This document shows, in pieces, positions 36,701 to 49,722 of a DNA stretch of 64,000 nucleotides. The notes beneath the pieces are model-generated. The model did no database searches and had not been told where the DNA came from. It worked only from the letters and a program-made list of their open reading frames with translations. Positions within the stretch are counted from its first letter, which is position 1. Every line of letters starts with the position of its first letter. This DNA comes from Haliotis rufescens. Its lineage: Eukaryota. The stretch spans positions 16,554,001 through 16,618,000 of the forward strand of contig NW_025963813.1 of the NCBI RefSeq assembly GCF_023055435.1, given 5' to 3'. A program made the translations under genes and the position numbers.

Positions 36701-37999
36701 TCTATATCATGTATATCACGTGACTGAACAAATGAAACTAAAATGTTAAAAGTACAGAGGGCCATGCTGCCATAAATACCGAACAACATGTCTCTCTGTG
36801 TCCACCTCTGTATCTTATCCTTACTTCGTACTCCATCTTCTAAATGCCTATCAAAGAAGTTAAAAAGGATATTTATAACAGAGATGACTCAATGTACACG
36901 GGAAGCTAAAACATATCTACAGTAAAATACGAGTAGTAAAAAGGAAACAAAAGAAAACCACAGGGTAAAATGGTTTAACTTACAGAAAACAGATGACATC
37001 ATTGGATGATTCCCACTGGAGATACAATATATCGATTCTATTATTGCTTATAATATTATTCAATTCATTTTACCAGACTTTACAAAATACTACCAGTACA
37101 CGCCCATAAACAGGGCCTATCACCTGATTTGAGAAATTTACAGCAAGTGGTTTTTACGTTTGATTTACTCACTGTAAAATTTATTTCACCAGAAAGGCTG
37201 AAAGAAGATTTGGTGAAAGGCTCAATAAACAAATGCCAAATACACGAATGCCGGAAAATGCTACATTTAGTCATACAATGTGATATTATTGAGATGACAA
37301 CACCTGTTTCGTTAATGCACTTGCACCTGGATCTGACAGTAACTGATAGCAACAAACGGTCACACTTTCACTCCACGTATGTCGTGAAGTGTGTTATGGG
37401 GTGCTAACATATTGGGCTGAAATGGATTCGGTGTAATATTGTTTCAACAAAAACTGTGATGTTGAAAGCTGTCCTTCCAAACCAGGGTTTAAAAGAGCAG
37501 TGTATCGTCTGCTATTTTCTTACTAAACACCGATCATGATTGGAAACCATACAGTTCGAGTGAGTGAGTGAGTGAGTTGGGTTTAACGCCGAGGTAAGCC
37601 CGAAGTGATGCAGGCCTCAGTAGGTTTCTAGCGGGGTCAAGGAACGCAACTCTTAGACGACTGGACATACCTCTGTGACATCATCATGTCATGTCAACAA
37701 CACAATATTTCACTGTTACACATTTCACAAGTAGCTGCAGAGCTCTGGCACGGGATTTAATCAAAAGTAAAGAAGCCATATTTATTGCGGACCCGTGAAG
37801 ATTCGGGGTAGAATAGGTCCTCAGCTACCCATGCTTGCCGTAAAAGGTGACTATGCTTGTGGTAAGAGGCGACTAACGGGATCGGGTGGTCAGGCTGCTG
37901 ACTTGGTTGATGCATGTCATCGTATCCCAATTGCGTGGATACAAACTCATGATGTCAATCACTGGATGGTCTGGTCTAAGCTCAAATGAAAAAAGCTCA

Positions 38000-39248
38000 A
38001 GCTTCTCTTGTTCCCCTGTTCATTGATCTCACATGGCTTCTCTCATTCCCCTGTTCACTGATCTCACATGGCTTCTCTTGTTCTCCTGTTCACTGATCTC
38101 ACATGGCTTCTCTTGTTCCCCTGTTCACTGTTCTCACATGGCTTCTCTTGTTCTCCTGTTCACTGATCTCACATGGCTTCTCTTGTTCCCCTGTTCACTG
38201 ATCTCACATGGCTTCTCTTGTTCCCCTGTTCTCACATGGCTTCTCTCATTCACCTGTTCACTGATCTCACCTGGCTTCTCTTGTTCTCCTGTTCACTGAT
38301 CTCACATGGCTTCTCTTGTTCTCCTGTTCACTGATCTCACATGGCTTCTCTTGTTCTCCTGTTCATTGCTCTCACATGGCTTCTCTTGTTCTCCTGTTCA
38401 CTGATCTCACATGGCTTCTCTCATTCAAGAGTTCATTGATCTCACATGGCTTCTCTTGTTCTCCTGTTCACTGATCTCACATGGCTTCCCTCATTCAACT
38501 GTTCATTGATCTCACATGGCTTCTCTTGTTCTCCTGTTCACTGATCTCACATGGCTTCTCTCATTCAACTGTTCATTGATCTCACATGGCTTCTCTTGTT
38601 CTCCTGTTCACTGATCTCACATGGCTTCTCTCCTTCAACTGTTCATTGATCTCACATGGCTTCTCTTGTTCTCCTGTTCACTGATCTCACATGGCTTCTC
38701 TTGTTCTCCTGTTCACTGATCTCACATGGCTTCTCTCATGCAACAGTTCACTGATCTCACATGGCTTCTCTCATTCAACTGTTCATTGATCTCACATCGC
38801 TTCTCTTGTTCTCCAGTTCACTGATCTCACATGGCTTCTCTCATTCACCTGTTCACTGATCTCACATGGCTTCTCTTATTATCCTGTTCATTGATCTCAC
38901 ATGGCGTCTCTTGTTCTCCAGTTCACTGATCTCACATGGCTTCTCTTGTTCTCCTGTTCACTGATCTCACATAGCTTCTCTTGTTCCCCTGTTCACTGAT
39001 CTCACATGGCTTCTCTTGTTCCCCTGTTCACTGATCTCACATGGCTTCTCTCATTCAACTGTTCATTGATCTCACATGGCTTCTCTTGTTCTCCAGTTCA
39101 CTGATCTCACATGGCTTCTCTCATTCACCTGTTCACTGATCTCACGTGGCTTCTCTTATTATCCTGTTCATTGATCTCACATGGCTTCTCTTGTTCTCCA
39201 GTTCACTGATCTCACATGGCTTCTCTCATTCACCTGTTCACTGATCTC
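38000..39248. repeat. 35-bp minisatellite, ~35 copies
   Basis: Unit CTGTTCACTGATCTCACATGGCTTCTCTTGTTCTC. Confidence 0.97.
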
Positions 39249-39927
39249 GCTTACCTTTTCCATCGTTAGGTTGACTGTGTGGTTAATGAAGGTTACCCCC
39301 ACACTGACCCACACCCCACCATATTTTCACAATACACTGTTTGAGTTAAACAGGGACAGGGTTGAGAGCCTCACCACCAATACACAGGCGTGAACACGTC
39401 TTAAAAATGGACAAACAAGAATTGATTGTAAACAAACAAATATTCTTTTTCAATACTGATAGTGTTGTCTTTCATGAGGATGTCTTGATTATGCACAGTA
39501 AGTGTTGCAGAAAAAAACGTTTGTCCAGGTCTAAATTTCAAATTCTTGTTTCGATTTATTTTTTGCCTGATGTCCACTTATAACATGGGGACATTTTGTC
39601 AAGTTTGTTTCTGTTCTTGTTTCAGCTGCAGTTTGCCACGTTGCACAGTGCTGAATATAGTTTTTCTCAGATAAGATATTGACTTTTACTCATGTTAGGT
39701 TACATTTCGTCTCACATTGGTCATTGGTGTACTGTCTCAGTGTCTGTAGACATGGACGATCTTGGCTCACGGTCTGAACCAGAGACCATATATCGGTATA
39801 AGGTCTCTGTCTAAACATTTACCACTGAATAATTCTCGCTGTTGTGGTGTGACTGACTCGGGTTTCAGGATACCCAACAGCATCTTGCATCTGAGGGCTG
39901 TTGACATGAGTGAAAATGTGCAGAAAT

Positions 39928-39965
<38 letters not shown>

Positions 39966-39972
39966 TGTTGTA

Positions 39973-40688
39973 CGAGGGGTGTTCATTAAAGATTTTCCCT
40001 TAAACACTTAGGGTTATCATATTTGGTTGAAATTTCACATGTGTGATGATACACGTATCTATGGGTTATGTCTGAATTTGCAGCACCGAACTATTAATCT
40101 TACCACTTTTACAGGTGTTATGATCGAGTGGGGTGTGACAATGGAGCCAGTAGAATACCGAGCAGTGATTAGGTTTTTTATATTTGAAAGGTCGCACACC
40201 AAAAGAAACTTTCGAGGAAATGAAAGCAACTTATGGGGAAGATGCCCCATCATATGACGTTGTTAAACACTGGCATCGCCAGTTCAAGTGTGGTCGGACA
40301 TCTGTGGAAACAGCTGCCATTCCTGGTTGCCCCCATTCAGCCATTGACGAGGACACTATCCATCAAGTGGAGACCGCCATTTTGGCAGACCGACGTATTA
40401 CTGTTCGCCAGTTAGCACAAGATGTCAAGATCAGTGTAGGGTCTGTGGAAAAAATCATCCATGACAATTTGAACATGCATAAGGTGTCTGCACGATGGAT
40501 TCCCAGGTTGCTCACACCTTTCCAAAAGCAGGAACGAGTCAATTGCTCAAAGGATCTTTTGGACATGAGCAAAAAACAACAGGCAAACTTTGTTGACAGA
40601 CTTATCACACAGGATGAAACATGGGTCCATCACTATGATCCTGAGACTAAAGTTCAGTCGATGCAATGGAAGCATGTGGAGTCACCCC

Positions 40689-40722
<34 letters not shown>

Positions 40723-41289
40723 AAAAAAAGGCACGTGTCCAACCCTCTGCAGGCAAGGTCATGCTCACAGTGTTTTGGGACCAGCACGGAGTAGTGATGA
40801 TGGATTTCTTGGCAAAGGGTACCACAATTACAGGAGCGTATTATGCTTCACTGCCGCGGAAATTGCGGGACGCTATCAAGCTTAAGAGGCGTGGCATGCT
40901 GACCAAGGGTGTCTGTCTCCTGCAAGACAATGCTCCAGTACACAACTCTCATGTTGCCCAGACAGAAGCGCGGTCCTGTGGCTATGAAATCCTTCCACAT
41001 CCTCCTTACTCTCCTGACCTTGCACCATCTGACTTCCACCTCTTTCCAACCATGAAGTCATTTTTGAAGGGAAAACGTTTCACAGATGATGAAACACTGA
41101 TTTCTGAAGTCAAGTCATTGTTTGAGACGCAAAATGAGGGCTTTTACAAGCGAGGTCTCCATAGTTGCATAAAACGATGGGAGAAGTGTGTAACTCTTGG
41201 TGGTTCCTATGTGGGGAAAGACTAATACCTATGCCAAGTTTCTTTCCACTGGGTCCATCGGAAGTGGGTCAGGGGAAATCTTTAATGAA
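39973..41289 (+). mobile_element. Mariner (DD34D) transposon, full length, irritans/Bytmar-like termini
   Basis: TA then CGAGGGGTGTTCATTAAAGATTTTCCCT; right TIR AGGGGAAATCTTTAATGAA runs into the N gap. Transposase 40141-41225 has WIPRLL, DETW, QDNAP and HPPYSPDLAPSDFHLF, interrupted by two homopolymer frameshifts (T run ~40174, C/A run ~40690-40729). Confidence 0.95.
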
Positions 41290-41506
41290 NNNNNNNNNNN
41301 NNNNNNNNNNNNNNNNNNNNNNNNNNNNNNNNNNNNNNNNNNNNNNNNNNNNNNNNNNNNNNNNNNNNNNNNNNNNNNNNNNNNNNNNNNNNNNNNNNNN
41401 NNNNNNNNNNNNNNNNNNNNNNNNNNNNNNNNNNNNNNNNNNNNNNNNNNNNNNNNNNNNNNNNNNNNNNNNNNNNNNNNNNNNNNNNNNNNNNNNNNNN
41501 NNNNNN
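41290..41506. other. Assembly gap
   Basis: N run. Confidence 1.
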
Positions 41507-41548
41507 TGCGTATGGCGTGCGTGTGTTGTGTGTGTGCTTGTGTGCGTG

Positions 41549-41818
41549 ACTTCACTGGATCAGGGTAATATAGGGAGGCTTCACTGGATCAGGGTAATAT
41601 AGGGAGGCTTCACTGTGGATTGGGTTAATATAGGGAGGCTCCACTGTGGATCGGGGTAATATAGGGAGGCTTCACTGTGGATCGGGGATAATATAGGGAG
41701 GCTTCACTGTGGATCGGGGGTTATGTAGGGAGGCTTCACTGTGGATCAGGGTAATATAGGGAGGCTTCACTGTGGATCAGGGTAATATAGGGAGGCTTCA
41801 CTGGATCAGGGTAATATA
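41549..41818. repeat. 31-bp minisatellite, left block
   Basis: Unit AGGCTTCACTGTGGATCGGGGTAATATAGGG. Confidence 0.95.
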
Positions 41819-42809
41819 TGTAGCAGAGTTGAGAATAATATTATTTGAAGTTATTTGGTGGTGGATTTTAAGTTCAGCATGATTATTTTAGTATTTCCAA
41901 GATAAATGAATACTTCCCACAACCCAATAAGGGCCCCCAGGCCATAGAGAGCCTCATGGTTATTGAAAGGTGTCATTTCTAAACAAGAAGCGTGTCATCA
42001 CATTTGATTGGCTACAAGTTTCTGTAAATCAAGTAGAACCAGTTTGATTGGTTTGGCAATGCACATGGTTTTCGTGCTGTGAGCATGCTTCATGCATGAT
42101 CACTTGGCTGGTGACATCAGGAGTGGGAACACCTATTTCTTTCTTGCAGGGCGTGTGAAAACTTCAGGTTAGTTTAGTTTAGTTTGTTTTAGAAAAGTAT
42201 AAAATATGGATAAAAAATGTTGTATTGTTTTACACTTTATAACAGTAGTATAATTGTTGTTCATGCAATTTGGTAATAACTTAACTTGGAACATTTCAAG
42301 TGTGTAGTTGGGTACATAATAACTGTTGATAGTAAATGTTTGGCAGTTTTGTCTATGCAGTTAATTATTGTATTTGGTGTATTTGCTATACTGTAGGTTG
42401 GATACGGCAGTGGCGACCAGGTTAATACCTGCTTGTGGGAACACGTGGTTCAGCCCATAGTTGGTAATTATAAGTGTTGTGTATATTGCTGTCATTTAAT
42501 TCATGATAATTATGGTAAGGTACAGTACAAAAGATTTTGTTAATATCTCTGTTGTAATTAAGCAGTCACTTGCCCTTTACCTTTTGTTAATGTTTTGTAT
42601 GTTGTAATGTTATTTTGCTATTAAGCTATTTTGTATGTCCTGTACAGAGTGATGTGCATCCAGCTATACATGTATGTCAGTTACAGTTGGAATAGAGTAT
42701 TTTATATTGGATGTGATAATGTTGACAGGACCGTTGTAACCACGAGATCAAGCTGTGCAATAAAGAACTCGGCCCAATACATGGATCATGTCTTCACTGA
42801 TGGATGGAC
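41819..42809 (+). mobile_element. Possible solo LTR (BEL/Pao-like) interrupting a minisatellite
   Basis: ~1-kb unique insert beginning TGTAG, with CCAAT boxes, internal GT-AG intron-like signals and AATAAA near the end. No TSD seen. Confidence 0.35.
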
Positions 42810-43010
42810 ACGTGAAGATTCTGGGGTAGAATAGGTCTTCAGCAACCTGTACTTGCCGTAAAAAGCGACTATGGGGATCGGGTGGTCAGGCTCGCTGACT
42901 TGGTTGATGCATGTCATTGATCCCAATCCCGATTGCGTGGATCGATGCTCGTGATGTCAATCACTGGATTGTCTGGTCCAGACTCGATTATTTACAGACC
43001 GCCGTCATAT

Positions 43011-43635
43011 AGGCTTCACTGTGGATCGGGGTAATATAGGGAGGCTTCACTGTGGATCGGGGTAATATAGGGAGGCTTCACTGTGGATCGGGGTAATATA
43101 GGGAGGCTTCACTGTGGATTGGGGTAATATAGGGAGGGTTCACTGTGAATCAGGGTAATATAGGGAGGGTTCACTGTGGATCGGGGGTAATATAGGGAGG
43201 GTTCACTGTGAATCAGGGTAATATAGGAAGGCTTCACTGTAGATCGGGGTAATATAGGAAGGCTTCACTGTGGATCGGGGTAATATAGGAAGGCTTCACT
43301 GTGGATCGGGGTAATATAGGAAGGCTTCACTGTAGATCGGGGTAATATAGGAAAGCTTCACTGTGGATCGGGGTAATATAGGAAAGCTTCACTGTGGATC
43401 GGGGTAATATAGGAAGGCTTCACTGTGGATCGGGGTAATATAGGAAGGCTTCACTGGGGATCGGGGTAATATAGGAAGGCTTCACTGTGGATCGGGGTAA
43501 TATAGGGAGGCTTCACTGGATTATATTGGGGTTATATGGGGAGGGTTCACTGTGGATCGGGGTAATATAGGAAGGCTTCACTGTGAATCAGGGTAATATA
43601 GGAAGGCTTCACTGTGGATCGGGGTAATATAGGAA
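43011..43635. repeat. 31-bp minisatellite, right block (~20 copies)
   Basis: Same unit as 41549-41818. Confidence 0.95.
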
Positions 43636-45820
43636 GTAGATGGCACCTACAGCAGAGTTCCAACTGGTGCTGGATATTGGATTTGTGGAGTTGCTGGAAT
43701 CACAAGAAGTCTGGGTCATCAATGGAGAATAACTTCTTCACTAGAGTGTGCAACACTTCATCGTTCCATCTGCTGGCAGAAGCCGGAACTGCGGCGTGAC
43801 TGCTGCTGTCTGGGCTGAGTGAGAAAAGTGTTGGTTGTAAGCGATGTGATTAGTACTGTCTCAATGGTTGCATAAGGACCTCCGTCCCCTGTCAGCTTTT
43901 AGTGTTGGTCTGTAACCACGATAAGTCTTCTCATTCAGTTAATCATATCGGTAGGTTCATTTTCAAGCTCATGAGCAGGAGACATTTTGGTCTCTTTGAC
44001 TTATTCTGTCAACCACTTGTTCTGTATGCACAGGGAACAGGAAAGTTGATTTATGGTCAGATATCCTGACATTTATTTACTGAGATATGATAAAGTAACC
44101 TAGGAGCTCCTCTGTAATCTGTCCATGTACAGGAATGCCTAATATGGGCATGGGGCGACCTAACTGGAGGTAAGACCCGTTTCATTGGGTATAAATCTTG
44201 ATTATCAATAAGATCGTTTTGACTTGCTGCCGACAATATATTTAAGCAAATGATATGAGAGGTGGAATCTCATTGGCCAATGGAAGGGATATTACTGGTA
44301 AAAGACTTTTATAGTGAGTTAACTCCCTTGCTTCAGGAAGATGTGTTGAAGGATGCTGCAAGAAGTCTTGTGAAACCGGACCACACAGGGACTGACCATT
44401 TGATATTCTGTGTGCAGACTAGATACTTTTTAAGCTTCAGCTGTAAAACCAGATATATTTTTTCAATGAAAACTCTGTGCCTAAATCTTTTTTTTTAAAA
44501 ACATCTTGGAACTATGTATTTTTTGTGGCAGACAATTTTCTGTTTTGACAATCTGAGCATAATTTATTGTTTGAAGCCTTTTTCCAGACAATATACACTT
44601 TTTTTTCTAAAGGCCCAGGCCATCCCCAGAATACCAAGTAATATGACCCTCATGAGGTTTACTCATGTTTAAATTTCTCCTCAGAGAATTTGTGATAATT
44701 GAATTGGGCCACACTTTGTTTTAAATCTGAATTTGACTCTTTTTTTTATCCCACCAATAATAAGTGATAGCATTTTGCACCAAAAATAAATTTTCTAAAC
44801 AAGGACCCATTATTAATTATTTGCAGTGGATCATCTGGCCACTTTGCTACACTAAATGTATGTTTTGTCTGAAATTGTTTCAGAATGGGCTAATGCCCTG
44901 TCGTAGGTCCTGCAGTGACTTTGCATTAATCAGTTCTTATGAAAACACACTGGCAGTGGATGTTTCATATTTGATAAATTATGTTTCTTTGGGGCACCCC
45001 TATTGTTTCCAGATCAGTCAGCAACATACCTGTGTTCATGGGTATGCATCTAAGACCTGCATCACTTCGGGCTTTACTCCCACATTAAGCTGACAGGTTC
45101 TGATGTAACTGATTTATGTGTTAAGAGCAGCCTCTCAGGTATTATGTTTGTAATCTATCACAGAGCAGACAGGACCCGTGAAGATCCGGGATAGAATAGG
45201 TCTTCAGCAACCCATGCTTGCGGTAAAAGCTGACTCTGCTTGTCGCAAGAGGCGACTGACGGGATCAGGTGGTCAGACTCGGTTGATGCATGTCATCAAT
45301 GCTCATGATGTCAATCACAGGATTGTCTGGTCCAGACTCGACATTTGGGCAATGTGTGTGGCGACTTCAGAACTAGTAAAACCTCTGCAGTTAGATCAGT
45401 GGTGCCAAATGTGGAACAGGTATCGGAAGTATAGCAAGATGTATTTGGTATGTATCTTTTGAAGGTTCAATGTTTTGCTCCTTGCACAATCGAATTTGAA
45501 GTTATTCCTGCTTGAAATTAAATGTCAACAGTTACAATGTTGGGACATGCCATTTTGATCATCATTCTCTACCTAAATATTGCTTTTCAATGATGTGAGT
45601 GCTATCCTCCATGAATATGACCTTGTATTAACATATCTGGATTAAAGTTGAATATTTTCTCACTTGTTTTGGTATATCAACAAATCATGTGTGTCCCCCG
45701 CCGTGACATTGCTAAAATCAGTGTAAAACCATACTGGGTGGGCATTTCCAGCAGTTGCGTCAATCACTGGATTGTCTGTCATAGCTGGAATATTGCTGAG
45801 TTTGACATCACAGATGTTGC

Positions 45821-46085
45821 ACAATGAAAGACCGCAAAAGCAATTTCAAGCTAGCAATTATCATTGGTTATCCAGTGTCTTTATGTTGCTCCTGCATCTG
45901 CCTCAAGATCACATGAAGATGTCGAGCCAATATAATGGACATTTACAAACTGAAAGTTAGATGCAAACATTATGTAATGGTGGACGATTTATGAATATGC
46001 TGCTGAGACATATTCAGTTGCAAAAAGACACTGCATAACCAATGATAATTGCTAGCTTGAAATTGCTTTTGCGGTCTTTTATTGT
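45821..46085. mobile_element. Palindromic MITE-like element
   Basis: ~60-bp near-perfect inverted arms ACAATGAAAGACCGCAAAAGCAATTTCAAGCTAGCAATTATCATTGGTTAT, with an imperfectly palindromic interior. Confidence 0.75.
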
Positions 46086-46967
46086 CCTCAGGGATGACGG
46101 CAGTCTGCACCATACAATCCAGTGACAGGCTTTAATGATTGACATGTATCAACCGAGCAATCCCTTCAGTCGCCTCTTATCGCAGCACTCAGCAATATTA
46201 CAGCTATATGGGCGGTTCCGGGTAGTGTGATGGAAAACAAAGAAGACTGGCGGCTGGCACACAACATTTATTCTGCTCAACTACACAAGATATTTCTATA
46301 TTTAAAGTAACCAAAGCTGTCTATTTGCAATCATTATGCAAACGTACACCCACAAAATCCATTTTTCTGAGCTCGTTGGATGTGCTAAAACTTGGGCCTC
46401 GGTGAGAATAGAATAATTCCATACGTGTGACCAGTGACAAAACCAACTCCGAATCATTGGGGACACATCTGAGCAAAGCAATGTAGGTAATAGTCACATC
46501 ATATTCCCAATGAATTCCATTTCACATTGTTCCAGTTTCCTCCTTCATGACCTAACTTTGTCTCCGGACTGAACTGCCCTCGTTCAGTTAAGCCATATTT
46601 CTCCCTCCCCCATTTCTGTTCGATAACTTGCCCTCATATAGTAAACAAATTTCCAAGTAAGCTATCTACTTCAGCACACACCAATCAGTTACCCAGTCAA
46701 TCAAGCATGACGCCGACCACCCAAACTGGACCCCTTGTGAACCACACAAATATACAACGTCACTCATAACACCAGGAACAGGTTAATTCTGGACAGCTTC
46801 AGTACCCATTATTTCCGGGAGTCCTTCGCCATCACCTCTCATTTGAGAAACCAAAATTGATTTCTACTATCCTTAAAGAAATGAAAGTTTCAGAGACGTC
46901 ATACTCCACGTTACCTTTGCTCAAATTGGGATTAGGTGTAAGACATGCATCCTGCCTAAATCCGTGT

Positions 46968-47188
46968 TGGTTTGTTGTTTAAAACCGCAATATTCCAGCT
47001 ATATGAGGGAGGTCTGTAAAAAATCGTGTCTGGACCAGACAATCCAGTGATTGACATCTTAAGCATTGATCCAATCGCAATGGGATACGATGTCATTCAT
47101 CAACCAAGTCCGCGAGCCTGACCACCCGTCGCCATTTACAGCAACATGGGTTGCTGAAGACCTATTCTACCCCGGATCTTCACTGGTC
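46968..47188 (-). mobile_element. Short retroelement family C (no tRNA head) with 13-bp TSD
   Basis: TSD CCTAAATCCGTGT at 46955-46967 and 47189-47201; 5' end GACC(C/A)GTGAAGATCCGGGGTAGAATAGG; (AAAC)n-type tail. Other copies: 26678-26790 plus 27786-27882, 28032-28255(-), 28530-28700(-), 32208-32440, 37790-37985, 42810-43011, 45173-45342, 56991-57232. Confidence 0.85.
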
Positions 47189-48356
47189 CCTAAATCCGTG
47201 TACAGTATTCAGAGTAATCAGAGTAGTTTGTTGATGGAATCCAAATGCAGGTTGAAGTTCTTAAGATGATAGTTTCATCATAGCAGATGGCTCGGAAGAC
47301 TGATGAAAGGCCCTGTGGAAATAATTACAGAGTTAAGTTATGCAACATACAACATTACGGTTAGAATCTTATATGATCACATAATAATTATTGATTATAG
47401 TAACTAACTAGTTACCTTTACATATCGATGTATCCACCTATTAACGATCATATCATGCCGTGTCGGCTAAATGTGTGAGGAAAGCCTGAAGTGATGCAGA
47501 TCTTAGACATTTACCACTTTGGGTACATGCTCAAAAACCAAGAACCATAACCCACTGTCATAGGATTCTGACGTGTCCAAGGGAAGCAACTCAGTACATT
47601 GAATTGCGACGTCATTGATTTGGTCACCTGTGCCTCCGTACACAAGATTAGACATAATATATACTGACAAACAGGTTATCTATGAAATTGATCACATTTA
47701 ATCATAACTTGAGTGCACAACATGCAAGAAATAACTCACCGTGTGTATGGCACCGACCCCAATGACTTCAGTTACCCCAGGTATGTAATTACCATGGTCA
47801 CCCACCTGAAGGTAAATATCAGTCCAAAGGAACATTACATAAATGTCAACAAAAAGTTCGGTTTGATCTGCCATTCCATATCACACACTGCACAAGAGTT
47901 TTTTCCATCATCGAACTGGTCCCCATGTTAGGTAAACAATTTCAATTTATTTAAAGGTAGATAGATATAATATGTGTACACGATAAGTAACACACACACT
48001 TGAGAATGCTTTTTGAAAAGAGCAATTATAAACTTACATATGTGAAGCATTTTAGCAGACCTAGTAAGGGACAGACTCTTTGATGGCTAGCATTTTACCG
48101 GATAAAATAAATTGTCATCGAAAGATTTCAGGAAAAAACTGCTTCAGACGGTTGAAAAAGATAATATTGTCGGTCGCAAGGAATACATTGTTGCAATTTT
48201 AATATATCCACTTGCACCCAAGAGACTCCAATGAAAGTGTACAAGTGAGCTGACGAGTCACCCTGTCGCCCAAAGCCCAGAGAAACAATAGTGCAGACAA
48301 ACACAATGGCAACTGCTGTTGTAACAGTGCGGCAGGTTAGATTAAATACATTAACA

Positions 48357-48499
48357 CCTTTATAGGGATAGCAACTTCTTTTACTGTTTGAATGAAAGTT
48401 TCAGACCTACTTTTTGCTCCCTCATCAAGCATTTACCTGACGAAGGAGCAAGAGGTAGCTCTGTACGTCGTACAAAAGAAGTTATTATCCATAAAAAGG
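48357..48499. mobile_element. Penelope-like inverted terminal repeat with degenerate hammerhead core
   Basis: ~65-bp inverted arms around a 7-nt loop; CTGACGA-stem-loop on the + strand and TTGATGA...GAAAC on the - strand. Confidence 0.5.
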
Positions 48500-49563
48500 G
48501 CCATGCATTCATGTTCTTCCAACTTCTAAATGCCCACCAAAGATTTCATGTCAGGTTAAGTGCTTGAACTAATACCAAGACCTAGGCATTTAAATAGTAA
48601 CTGAAATGAAATACACTTTATAATATATACATTATGACACTGCTGCATTTGTATTCACTGATCAATGTTACCAACTCACCAAGGGTGGTAAACTGGACTT
48701 TTATAGTCAGTTAATTAATACTATAAAATTACTTGTAAATCATCTTTAACAGATTTGGACTACAGAACATCATAGAAATGTTGATTCCAAATTCATCAGT
48801 GGCTTGAGAAGCTTTTTTTTAGTATGGAAATCAGTAGCTGCGTCTTGTACGTACAACAGTTCTGTCAACTTCTATAAAATACTTCTCGAATGTTTGGTGG
48901 TAAAATAAGGACACGTCCATGAAGTTCTGTCTTAAACTCAAACCAAATCCATTTCCTAAACGTTCTCGATGTATGCAGAAAATGTCATTTGCTTGGGGTA
49001 ATTAACTGGCATATTAAAACCTCCCCCGACAGTGGAAGCTGTTTGGGGTTCCCAGAGCCACCCGAATTCTCCCCCTCTGGGTCGGGCATGCTGGCCTGAC
49101 TCCGTGTGGCACACTCAACAAAAACTGTCATGAAAATGGAATACAAAGTCATTTTTTGACTTACACGTTAGATTTTCATTTGTTGTACCTTCAAACGTTC
49201 TCCACCTGTCACCAAATGTAAGTGTCAACAAGGAAAGCTGCCCGCCGGCACGCAAAATACTTTTTCAGATCGACCACACAGGACGGAAGACGAGGCTGAT
49301 CTGCACATGCTGCACGGACGACCCGTTCACCATACTCGGCCCTGATTGGCCTATCTTGTCACGTGCTGTGGCCCAAGGACAGAGCTTTATTTGAAGTGAC
49401 CCTGTCATAATGTTTACATCTCACAATAGATTGACACATTAATAAAAGGTTTGTCCAACCACTAGAGCCATCAGTTACTTTGATCACCTTAGTAAATCTA
49501 GGAACATGTTCAATAAACCACTGAATACATGAAGCTGACACACGTTTCTGCACGGAGGCTTCT

Positions 49564-49722
49564 GGGCGGTGGGGTCGCCGAGTGGTTAAATCGTTTGCTC
49601 GTCACGCCGAAGACCCGGGTTCCATTCCCCACATGGGTACGATGTGAAGCCTTAATTGGTGTCCCCGGTCGTGATATTGCTGGAATATTGCCCAAAGCGG
49701 CGTAAAAACCTACTCGCTCACT
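49564..49722 (+). mobile_element. SINE family A
   Basis: A/B boxes, body and tail match the family. Confidence 0.85.

Larger units (their letters stand above)
46230..49300 (-). other. Possible spliced minus-strand transcript (lncRNA or small-ORF gene)
   Basis: CCAAT and CACGTG near 49345-49366; candidate exons with AG/GT borders at ~49125-49022, 48315-48218, 47805-47740 and 47312 onward; AATAAA at ~46267-46272. Confidence 0.25.

Noticed and set aside
38000-39248. CRISPR-like regular 30-41-bp periodicity (also 41549-43635, 50483-50968, 57575-58920)
   Set aside because: Head-to-tail units with no unique spacers, no cas genes and a eukaryotic context.
41560-41575. CAGGGTAATATAG matches the 3' half of the I-SceI recognition site
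   Set aside because: Only half of the site, in a minority variant of a minisatellite unit; likely coincidence.
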